Source: Azolla caroliniana
Lineage: Eukaryota > Plantae > Polypodiophyta
Length of the DNA stretch: 55,058 nt
Assembly: GCA_043228905.1 (NCBI GenBank)
Contig: JBHGNT010000197.1
Coordinates: 1-55,058 of the forward strand
Direction of reading: 5' to 3'
Shown: piece after piece, positions 12,691-22,103 of the stretch
How positions within the stretch are numbered: the stretch's first letter is position 1
Layout: each line of letters opens with the position of its first letter
Made by a program: the position numbers and the translations under genes
The notes under the pieces: model-generated
The model's input: the letters and a program-made list of their open reading frames with translations, nothing else
Told to the model about the DNA's origin: nothing
The model's database searches: none

Positions 12691-15471
12691 TTACGGAGAA
12701 TCACTACTATAACTAATATACAATGACGATTCCTCCTCATCATCCTCGGATGTACCAATCAGTGCATTATCTTCGTCATAAACCAAATGGTTTGACTCTA
12801 GATTATATGTAGCAGATCTCGTTTCCCTTTGACTCGAGCCACCTTGTAGACCTAGTAATTTTTCTTTTATTATATCTATTGTTGACTTCCTTAATCGTCC
12901 GGCTTTTGTAAGTGTGAAGTCGTACACGATGATATCCACATCAGAGATATCAAGGGTCGAGGTGTTACGAATGTTTCGCTTCCTCTTCCTACCTCCCCTT
13001 CTTGTTTGGCATTCAATCATCTCCAATGTATACTTACCTGTAAAAGCATTTGCACTTCTAGTGTTGTACCAATGAACATTTATAGACTTGATCGTGTTTT
13101 CTATTTCATGCATTAGCACTTCTAGAATTTTACCAACCCAAAATTGGTGGCCATGTGAGTTCTCATTAGCCGGCGTTGCAATCAACATCCCCGCGGTGAG
13201 CTCTTGCAAATTTCCTTGCCATCTAGCTTCGGCTGCTTTGGTCATCCTTGGTCCCACATAAATGTCTCTTTGTTGTGGATGGACCAAGCTGTCATTAATC
13301 GCATTTACTAGTCGCTCCGGACTTCTATTTACGCGATCATGTTGCAGCGACCATGTGAATGGCGTTTCCAAATTCCAATTATCAACAGATACACAATTGT
13401 CTATAATTTCATTCTGATCACTATAAAATACATCCCACCATGACGTGTCTTGTTGTGCGGCATATTTCTTGGCGGCCTCAATATGCTTTCTTTTTTCTTC
13501 TAAGGCTTGGAGCCATGACCGTTTTTGTTCTGATACCAAGTCGCTCTGCAACTGTCCTTTCTTCTCAATTGGCATTTGCTTAGCTCCATGGACAATTGTA
13601 CTCGGCATACAAAGTAATAACTGGCAACCACCTTCAGGTTCCCATGTTGTAGAAGATGAATATTGTTTAGCATACAAAAGTGTAGAACCACTTATTCCAT
13701 TTTTCTTTATCAAAAAAATGTGATTGAAACTTATATTGTTTAACTGAGCAAGCACTTTAACATTCCCACCACCCCCATCTAATATATATCTCTTAAAGTC
13801 ATATACCTCCTTCAAGTGTAACACTTTTGGGCGTGGTGTATATGCATCACAAATGACATCAAATAGTTTAGGTAAAGTGAAAGCATCATGCCGAGACAAC
13901 TGTCTGGAGAATGTGCTAAACATCTGATCTATATGGTCATGTGTGTGGCCAACCAAAAGGAAATTGACTTTCACTTTCCTAAACAATTCTAGGTTGACCA
14001 ACATACTTAGATAGCCAAATACAGTTGAATTTTTGTTCTCTCTAGCAGTATTGTCCAATTGAATGTATAGAACAGGGGGGAAAGGTTGTCCCCAAGACAT
14101 CAAAACTCGGTGAATCACTGTAACTGTTAGGTTAGGGTCATTGTGAACATTGGGGTAAGTAATGAAGACGTGAGGTCGAACAGACCTATTATAAGCCAAG
14201 CATCCCACCAAGTGCATTTGAACAAGGCACTCATCATTGACATCTTTGGGGAGCCTCCGCATATGCGGCAAGCATGTCTTCTTCTGGTCCATGCCATCTA
14301 TCATTAAGCACATGTATTGTTCAGGCCTCTTCAAACACTTCTCTCTATGATGCATCGCCTTCCTTCGTTCTAAGGATTGTGCCTCACGATGCTCTTGTAG
14401 TAACTTCTTACTCATATCCTTTTCCATTGATGTCTTTGCACCTTTAGCCAAACTTTTAAGATTTGCACAAATGGAGCAATACCCCATACGTACTTTACGA
14501 GGAATAATAACATTTGAAAACCGAGCTCTCCATAATCTTGTGAATTGGCTATAGGTGATAGACTTATTACGTGAGCCTAGCATTTCAGATCGATAGACAT
14601 CATAAACTTCCCGACGGGTATAATTATCAGAAAGATGCATCCTACCTGTAGTGGGCATTACTTCACAATTTAACTGAAAGTAAGTTTTCATCCAGCCAAT
14701 AGCTAGTCTTCCAATTGCACCTTTCATACTTGGAACCTCTTTACAATTGAGCATCTGATCCCCGCTAAGTAGACGTTGTTGTACTCTATGTAGCCGCATG
14801 TTACTAACACATAACGCAATTTTGAATGCAACTCTACATATCTGTTGCGCATGGAAGATATAATACTCGAATGATACTTTGATCCCCGTACATTTGTCAG
14901 ATACTAGTTGCATATGTGATCCGAGGTAAGTGTCTTGCTCATCACCGATCATCGAAAAATAGTATCGCCTTAATTCTCGCAACTTTGATTTTCCAATCGT
15001 AGACATACAACCACGGGCACAACATATTTTGTTGACATCAAATCCAATTTGTTTATCTGATGTCACCAAGCTAAATCTAGCCAGACGAATTCTTCGTGGG
15101 ATTCTTCTAATATGCATAGGGCTCCCAGATTTCTCTTCCTGCATAGAGGTTGGTGTAACCTTGTTACAGTCTAATTCTCTGTTCTGACCATCGCCAATGT
15201 TATTCAATGTTTCCTGGGCACTTCCTTCATTCTCGATATCTTTATTAATATCGTATTCTTCAATAGAGAACTCTTCACATGTGTCATTATTTACATTCCC
15301 TGTAGATGAGCTCAGACAATATTCTTCGATAGAATATGGTGAGTCGGTCGACAGACAATATTCTTCAATCGAATATGGTGACTCTATTGACAAACAATAC
15401 TCTTCAGTAGAAAACGATGGGTCTGATGACAAACAATATTCTTCAATCGAGAACGGTGAATCTTCACTCAT
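12691..15471 (-). CDS. Intronless 926-aa DDD-type transposase (Sola1/DUF7869-like) with Cys/His clusters and a C-terminal BAH/Tudor-like segment
   Basis: Uninterrupted ORF inside the TIRs. Candidate acidic triad in LMIDGMDQKK, LYIQLDNTARENKN and FLLVGHTHDHIDQMFS. Upstream motifs CCARGC, ICRVAFKIALCVS and YCSIC...HREAQ. Confidence 0.8.
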   Translation of the reverse strand: MSEDSPFSIEEYCLSSDPSFSTEEYCLSIESPYSIEEYCLSTDSPYSIEEYCLSSSTGNVNNDTCEEFSIEEYDINKDIENEGSAQETLNNIGDGQNRELDCNKVTPTSMQEEKSGSPMHIRRIPRRIRLARFSLVTSDKQIGFDVNKICCARGCMSTIGKSKLRELRRYYFSMIGDEQDTYLGSHMQLVSDKCTGIKVSFEYYIFHAQQICRVAFKIALCVSNMRLHRVQQRLLSGDQMLNCKEVPSMKGAIGRLAIGWMKTYFQLNCEVMPTTGRMHLSDNYTRREVYDVYRSEMLGSRNKSITYSQFTRLWRARFSNVIIPRKVRMGYCSICANLKSLAKGAKTSMEKDMSKKLLQEHREAQSLERRKAMHHREKCLKRPEQYMCLMIDGMDQKKTCLPHMRRLPKDVNDECLVQMHLVGCLAYNRSVRPHVFITYPNVHNDPNLTVTVIHRVLMSWGQPFPPVLYIQLDNTARENKNSTVFGYLSMLVNLELFRKVKVNFLLVGHTHDHIDQMFSTFSRQLSRHDAFTLPKLFDVICDAYTPRPKVLHLKEVYDFKRYILDGGGGNVKVLAQLNNISFNHIFLIKKNGISGSTLLYAKQYSSSTTWEPEGGCQLLLCMPSTIVHGAKQMPIEKKGQLQSDLVSEQKRSWLQALEEKRKHIEAAKKYAAQQDTSWWDVFYSDQNEIIDNCVSVDNWNLETPFTWSLQHDRVNRSPERLVNAINDSLVHPQQRDIYVGPRMTKAAEARWQGNLQELTAGMLIATPANENSHGHQFWVGKILEVLMHEIENTIKSINVHWYNTRSANAFTGKYTLEMIECQTRRGGRKRKRNIRNTSTLDISDVDIIVYDFTLTKAGRLRKSTIDIIKEKLLGLQGGSSQRETRSATYNLESNHLVYDEDNALIGTSEDDEEESSLYISYSSDSP
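15310..15465 (-). repeat. Coding tandem repeat, 39 bp / 13 aa x4, at the transposase N-terminus
   Basis: EDSPFSIEEYCLS / SDPSFSTEEYCLS / IESPYSIEEYCLS / TDSPYSIEEYCLS, plus a later EEFSIEEY. Confidence 0.9.
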
Positions 15472-16294
15472 GGCTTAAGGTCTAGATAGGGCTCTCTAAG
15501 TTATACTCCTCTCTAAACATATACTCCTCCCTAAACATAAACTTCTCCCTAAACAAAAGCCAAATCAATAGAATGTCTATATTATGTAATATTCTATTAA
15601 TACAATACATCTAAAAATTATTTTTAATAAAGTAATTTTACTTAAATTATCAATCATTATATAAACTAGATCTAAATGATGTTAAATCAAGTAAAATATA
15701 AAACTAATCATTAACAAGCCTTGAATATGTTGGATTAATGTTAAAATCATTGGCTAATTAATGGCACCCATTTTGATATAGATCGTCTCACGCATTGGTT
15801 CTTTAATGCTCACCATTTTAAATATTAGACTTATCAATCATTGGTTAATTCATGCCCACATCTTTAATACATAACATTTGAGAGTCATAAAAATTGTTGC
15901 TTTTAGTAATCAATCATTGGTACATTCATGAACCTCTATCATTGTCTCCTTCATAACCTTTGAAGTCATTGTAGGTTGTTATGACTATAAAAGATTGATC
16001 AATATGTTAGTTTGACTTTGTAATCATTAATACAATCATAAGTTACTCTAGTTAATGTGACTATGGTTACCAACTAACTATCCTCAAAGTTACCAACCTT
16101 GGTTAAGGTGACTATGGTTACTTTAACCAATGTGTTCAATCCCTATAAATAGGAAGACCTCGTCATATTTCACTCACCAGAGCGTACAGAGCGTACAGAG
16201 CACACAGAACGTAGAGAGCACACAGAGCACACAAAGCACTCAGAGCACAAAGCACGAAAGCGCGATCTCCGCCTCCACTTCAACACGATCAACC
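15472..16294. promoter_or_regulatory. Putative bidirectional promoter region of the transposon
   Basis: 823-bp AT-rich spacer between the divergent ATGs (15471 minus, 16295 plus). It has a TATA box ctataaata at ~16143-16151 and four CATTGG (reverse CCAAT) motifs at 15748, 15793, 15839 and 15915. Confidence 0.55.
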
Positions 16295-19200
16295 ATGTCT
16301 TCAAAGAGAATCGAGCGCGAGGATTCCAGGTAGGCCTCTGACACTGTGGACATTTTTGTAAATATGTTTTGTTTCTCAAGAACTCGATACGGCGTATCGA
16401 GTTCATGTATACAATACAAATATTTATACACGAACTCGATACGGCGTATCGAGTTCGTGTTTTACGCCGTATCGAGTTCGTGTATAAATATTTGTATTGT
16501 ATACATGAACTCGATACGCCGTATCGAGTTCCTGTTTAAAGTGTAGGTTTTAAACACGAACTCGATACGCCGTATCGAGTTCGTGTTTAAAGTGTAGGTT
16601 TCAAAAAGAATCTCGATACGCCGTATCGAGTTCGTGTTTAAAACCTACCCTTTAAACACTAACTCGATACGCCGTATCGAGTTCCTATTTATAGTGTAGG
16701 TTTTAAACAGGAACTCGATACGGCGTATCGAGTTCGTGTTTAAAACCTATACTATAAACAGGGACTCGATACGCCGTATCGAGTTCGTGTTTAAAGTGTA
16801 GGTTTTAAACACGAACTCGATACGCCGTATCGAGTTCCTGTTTAAAACCTACACTATAAATAGGAACTCGATACGGCGTATCGAGTTCGTGTTTAAAACC
16901 TACACTTTAAACAGGAACTCGATACGGCGTATCGAGTCCCTGTATATAAGAAGGCTTTGAGAGAGAAAAATCGTTTATGGGGTGGAAATGATATCAAATT
17001 GTCTAGCAAAATCAGTCTTTTTTATGTTGACTTTACTTACTTTTAAAGACATACATGCTCTAATTATAGGTGTTTTATGACCTACTTTAGCTTAAAATAG
17101 TAGAAAATGATCTACAAATTGCCTTTACTATGGCAAATTCTCCTCAATATAGGTTTAGAATCTATATAAGTCATACCTACTATTTAAAAGAATATATAAC
17201 CCGTTTTACTTATTACGATATATTTTTTCTAGGTTGAATAGCCCTGCCTATAATAGATTTTTGAATATGTTACTGCTCCTGGAAACTGTTCATCATTATA
17301 ATATACAACTTCAATCTACGTGACTGTCTAACTTATGTTTTTGCATATACTTTCTTAAATAGGTCGTTTGAGAACCTGTCGGACCGACCCGTGAAGAAAA
17401 TTAAGCTTCGCATACAAGGTTCTCCAATCGAAGCCCAGACCAAGGTAGCTCCTGAGACCATGAAGAGAGGAAAAAAGCTTCTGTTTAACGAAGAGACAAA
17501 ATCTCAGCCACATAGTGATGTTAGCCAAAAGAAACTTGTCGCCGCTACTGGAGGCGAAGACCTTCCTGACCGAGATCTAACGGACAAGGAATGGTGTATG
17601 CAATATGTCGACTCAAAGAAAAAAGTTGTATTGTATACAACAAAGAAGAAGGGTGAGGGGCAGCTTGGAAAAGAAACCCCATTTATGTATGGCCGTATTC
17701 TACGATTTGACTACGAAGATGCAGATTCGGCCAACATACTGGTAATGATAGAGTGCTCCAAGGGGGTACGTAAAGTGTTCCTTTCAGAAGACCTTTTAGT
17801 AAAGGAATCTTGTGGGCCTGAAGTGTTCAAAAAAGCACTTGATAACTCACAAAACCTGATTGTTACCTTGAGGCCTTATATACAAGGCCATGTAACTCTA
17901 AGAGATGAAGAGCCCTCCCCCTTGAAGGCTACAAAAAAGGTATCCAAAGTCCAGTCAAGACCAGCCAAGAAGAAGACAACGAAAATGTCGGATACGGATT
18001 CAACAAGTGAAAATGAAGAAGAGGATAATAAGGGGACGCCAGGAGCCGAGCTGGCCTCGGGTGTTTTGTCATCCGAGCAGAATAAAATAAGGAGAGAGTT
18101 AATGCAACGGAAGCTGGTCAGGAAAGGGCAAGTATTTAATTTGCCTATAACACACATCCATCAGCCCCCTATTGATGAAAAAACAGGTCGAAGACCACTT
18201 GAGATTAGAGAGCCTCACCGCATGCATGTTCAAAATCTCAAGAAAAAAATGAAAATTAATCCTCATGCCACTGTGGTGCCTTTTATTGTTATGGTAGATC
18301 CTGAAGAATGTGAAACCATTGAAGATTTTGATATTAGAAAGCATGATCAATATAATTATTTTGTCATTGGTGGATCGCATTCAGCAGAGGCACGTCGGCA
18401 ACTTGTGAGAGAACATCCAACCACTTTCTTCTTCAAGTATGCCGAGTGCAAAATTTATGTTGGGCTCACAACCGAAGAGGCTAAGCTGTTGGCATGGGAC
18501 CATAATAATGATAATGACTATAGGCAGAAAATGTCGTCTATTGAGCGTATACGGTTCTTCCACCACGAGTATTTAGATGTGAAACAAAAGTTTGGTGTGA
18601 AGTTACATCCAGGCCTTCGACGTCAATGTCTGCATGAAGTCGGCATTGTGGTAGATGATAATGTTAGGTCCGATGGTCTTCGAAAGTATGAGTCTTGGTT
18701 TCAATTGGCGTTTAGAGATGGAGAAGTATGGGACCTCCAAGATCAAATCTTCTCAATGTGGGAGAATAAGGAGGTAAAGGGTCAACGACAAAAGAAATGT
18801 AGGGTTGACCCTCAACTAGAATTAAAGTCACAAGCCGCCAAGAAAATTGACTTGACAATTGAAGAAGCGGCAGACGACATGAAGTTGTCTCTGTGGAGAG
18901 CGATGCAAGGTATTAAGGACGAGCAGCTTCTTGTGTTGGTTTTGTCAAGGGTTGTGGCGAAAGATTTAAGCCTTGAAGAAATGGTCACTGAGTTCAATAA
19001 GTAAGTCTTTCAAATACTGAAATTGTAGTCTATCTGGTGTAATTCAAAGTTCTAATCTTGATTTCTAATTTTACAGTCATAAGGTGTACATGAAGATCCA
19101 AGAAGTTATGATGAAACAACTTGGATGTATAACTTGGGAACAAGTGACCGAGGATTATCCTCTAACGTCTTCGTATAAGGCGTTATCAGAGTATTTTATT

Positions 19201-20588
19201 GCATTCAAGGATTGGGTTAGTATTCATGTTTTTTCATTACCCTTTCATCATATGTAGAGCTTGTATAATAATACCTGATGTCCTATTGCTTCTATTAGAA
19301 ACCATGTCGAGGCAAGAAACAAGGAGAAGTTAAGGATATACACGATTTCCCTACATCCTTCCTTGCACATCTCGAGCGAGCCAGAAAAGAAAAGGATCGT
19401 CGCTTAGTCAAGGCGTACGAAATGGAGGAAGATGGCTCGTTTAAAAAATTTAGCCACAAAAAAGATATTACGAGAGATCTTTACTACAATGTGGTTTGCG
19501 GTGATGTCATCGACTTGATCCAGAAGGTGCCAAAGAAGGAATATACACTAATGATTGCGGATATTCCTTACGGATTTCGAATGGCTGGGTCATCATACGA
19601 CGATGAACCGTTTAGGTTTAAACAATTGGAGAAGATGGTCAAGGATTTCGCTGAGCTAACGACCGCATCCTTGTGGCGAATAGTTGTCTTTCATAGTATG
19701 GACCAAGGGTACTCGGTAGCTCAAGCTTTGAGATCTCGTTGCCATGGCATCGAGAACCTTGCATGGTAAGGATTATTTATAGGTGTCTTTCATTATATTG
19801 CAATTCTTAAGGTTGTTGAATCTATTCTTAACTCGATGAATTATTTTTTATAGGATCAAGACCAATGTAAATAGAGGGCCAACTTTTCGGTTCGTTAATG
19901 CCATTGAATACATAACGGTTGGCTACTTCGATGAAATTAAAAAACAGAGAATCAAAGAGCATTCTAATGAAGTGGGAGGTTCAAATCTGTTGGTATATCC
20001 AGCAGTGACTCGGAAATTGCGACATGTCACCACGACAGAACGGGGACTTGTCAACCCATACCAAAAACCTCAACGACTTATGATGCGCTTGATCGAGATG
20101 TTTTCTGTCGAAGGAGACTGGATATTAGATCTCTTTTCTGGCACAGGTATTCCTCGAACTAGGGTAACGATCTTGAGATAACCAATCACTTTTTTTTCGT
20201 TTGACAACTAAATCTTCTTGTTACTTACATCATAGGAACTACGTCAGCATGTGCATTGAAGCTGTTTAGAAATACAGTTGCATTGGAGAAGGACGAGGAC
20301 CAAGTTATATTTATTAATATGCGGATTAAGGCTTTGTGGGAGTGCCCAGACCAGGATGAGGAGGTCGGTGCAAAGAACCTCGCCAATACAGAAAGGTTTC
20401 AACCTGCTTCGCGAGAGCCTATTCCTCCGTTAGCCGGCGAACCGGGGGAGCTAATAGAGCTTGATGATGAGCTTATAGAAGATATTTCGTTGGCTCGGCT
20501 AACAGGGGAAACCAATGCACGTATAGCCGAAGACAGTTCTACACAAGATGATGAAGAAAATGACGTTGATGAATTGATTGCTATGTAA
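16295..20588 (+). CDS. ParB/Srx-like domain fused to a beta-class N6-adenine/N4-cytosine DNA methyltransferase, ~974 aa. Exons 16295-16329, 17363-19000, 19077-19215, 19299-19765, 19854-20146, 20236-20588
   Basis: All five introns are GT-AG and the joined exons (2925 nt) stay in frame with no stop. MTase motifs appear in beta order: VVCGDVIDLIQKVP...LMIADIPYG (motif IV), AWIKTN, NPYQKPQRLMMRLIEMFSVEGDWILDLFSGTGTTSACALKLFRNTVALEKD (FxGxG motif I). ParB-like segment: HVQNLKKKM...PFIVMV...YFVIGGSHSAEARRQL. Confidence 0.85.
16380..16939. repeat. Array of 25-bp palindromes GAACTCGATACG(G/C)CGTATCGAGTTC in intron 1 of the ParB-MTase gene
   Basis: Full copies start at 16380, 16432, 16507, 16558, 16609, 16660, 16711, 16762, 16813, 16864 and 16915, with a partial copy at 16463. 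The period is exactly 51 bp from 16507 onward. Confidence 0.97.
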
Positions 20589-21600
20589 TAGACTCTATAA
20601 AGAATATGACACTGACGATTTGTTAAGATTTCACATTATTAATACAAATTTTGGGTTTTACCTAGTGGATTCTATTCTTTATAATCTTCTATATGTTTCA
20701 ATTTTATTTTTATATACTTGATTAGTAGATTTATGATATTGGTTTCACCACGTGCATAGCTGACTACCAAACTTATGGAGAAACATGAACTAGTTTAAAT
20801 GGAGGCTGATTTTGGTCCAAGCTAACCTTAACAGAACATGGCCCTATAATTGTTGCCATGACTGTCCATGTTGTTATTATGGATCTTTGTCTTATATTGT
20901 TAAAACTATTATGTTTCTATTCCATTGCTGCTTAGATTGTGTAGTGTGTTGATAATGGTTCCAGTTGCATTATCGTTCGGAGTTTGATCTTGTGTGAATC
21001 ACCTAAGCAATAGAGTAGATCAATTTTAAATACAGGTATGAAAGCCTAATAGGTTTGTTATTTCCACGACATTATCCTAAAGTTCACTGCCTTACATTGT
21101 GCACAATTATATACACATATGGTTTGATCCCATATGAACAAACTGAGGAATAGATTAGATCAACTTTTAATACAAGTATTGAATACTTTAATAAGTTAGT
21201 TATTCCAATCACTTATCCTAATGTGCACTATCCTACATTTTCCACAATTACATACATGCACGTATGGGTCAAAGTATAAATTATATCTCATTTTATTAGT
21301 ATGGATACAAGTACACCTCATATTTTTGTAAAACCTACCTAATTAATATAAGTCTTTAAGTTAGTGTTTCCCTTGTCGCACAATAGTGCCATATTGAGCC
21401 ATAGTTGAACTTTATTATGCCGACATTAACTTATCAACATGTCTAAACTTGCATGATTTCTAATGATCTCCACTCGTAGATCTATCATGTATTTTTATAT
21501 TTGCAAATTCTTATCAAGTTGAGGAACATGTGATACTAGTGCATCCAATTATTGTAGAGAGGGTGTATTTGCTTCGTTTTAAGAAGATTCTACAAGTGGA

Positions 21601-21628
21601 ATGCGCAATCCTTCCACTTGTGAACGCG
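21601..21628 (-). repeat. Right terminal inverted repeat (including possible CGCG TSD)
   Basis: Reverse complement of 12340-12367 with one mismatch. Confidence 0.9.
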
Positions 21629-21690
21629 CAATTTCTTCTCAAGAGTAAATGTCTGCAGCAGAGGTTCTCAACCCTCGCGCTCTGATACCA

Positions 21691-21730
21691 TGTAAACGTA
21701 AGTGTTTGCGGAAGCGTAAAACAGAGAACA

Positions 21731-21767
<37 letters not shown>

Positions 21768-22103
21768 AAGAGAGTAGAACACAATTTCAAAATTATATCA
21801 AGACTCTGTACACACACTATGCTAAGTAGCATTATTTATACAAGTCCTCTTGGGACTGACAGAAGTACCATGTACTTCAATGCTCACATGAGCATCTGAC
21901 ACTTACTACGAGACTATAGCTACCTAGTAGTCTATCCTATACTAGGCTTCCGATTGGACTTCTGGTTACGGATTGCACCCGGCCTCCACTGCTTGCCGGT
22001 TCGGTTGCTCACCGTCATACCGATCCGTTTCACCCGATCCGTCTCGCTTACCGGCTCCGGCTTATTCAGCCGATCCGGCTCCGGTTGAGCTTGCCGCTCA
22101 ACA
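21691..22103 (-). repeat. 5' LTR of the younger Copia
   Basis: Direct repeat of 6834-7254, adjacent to the Met-tRNA PBS and flanked by the TSD AAGAG. Confidence 0.95.

Larger units (their letters stand above)
12340..21628. mobile_element. TIR DNA transposon (~9.3 kb, Sola1-like/unclassified) with two divergent genes
   Basis: Inverted repeats cgcgttcacaagtggaaggatcgcgcat (12340-12367) and atgcgcaatccttccacttgtgaacgcg (21601-21628) match at 27/28 positions. The interior is AT-rich and interrupts the GC-rich Copia between its PBS and gag ATG. It encodes a transposase-like ORF. The outer CGCG may be a 4-bp TSD. Confidence 0.88.
6834..22103 (-). mobile_element. Full-length Ty1/Copia LTR retrotransposon with inactivated gag-pol, carrying a nested DNA transposon in its leader
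   Basis: Two TG...CA LTRs (6834-7254, 21691-22103) and a 5-bp TSD AAGAG (6829-6833, 22104-22108). PBS tggtatcagagc lies next to the 5' LTR (21679-21690, minus strand) and a PPT at 7255-7266. Domain order is gag-PR-IN-RT-RH. Confidence 0.96.

Noticed and set aside
16380-16939. CRISPR array (palindromic 25-bp repeats with 26-bp spacers)
   Set aside because: The spacers are near-identical copies or inversions of each other rather than unique, no cas genes are present, and the context is a eukaryotic intron.
16295-20588. Bacterial contamination as the source of the MTase
   Set aside because: The gene has five GT-AG introns and sits within TIRs nested cleanly in a plant Copia with intact LTRs and TSD.
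17391-20588. Four separate genes, as the ORF track suggests (537, 115, 69 and 110 aa)
   Set aside because: They join in frame through canonical splice sites into one protein, and the MTase motif I is split across the last intron.
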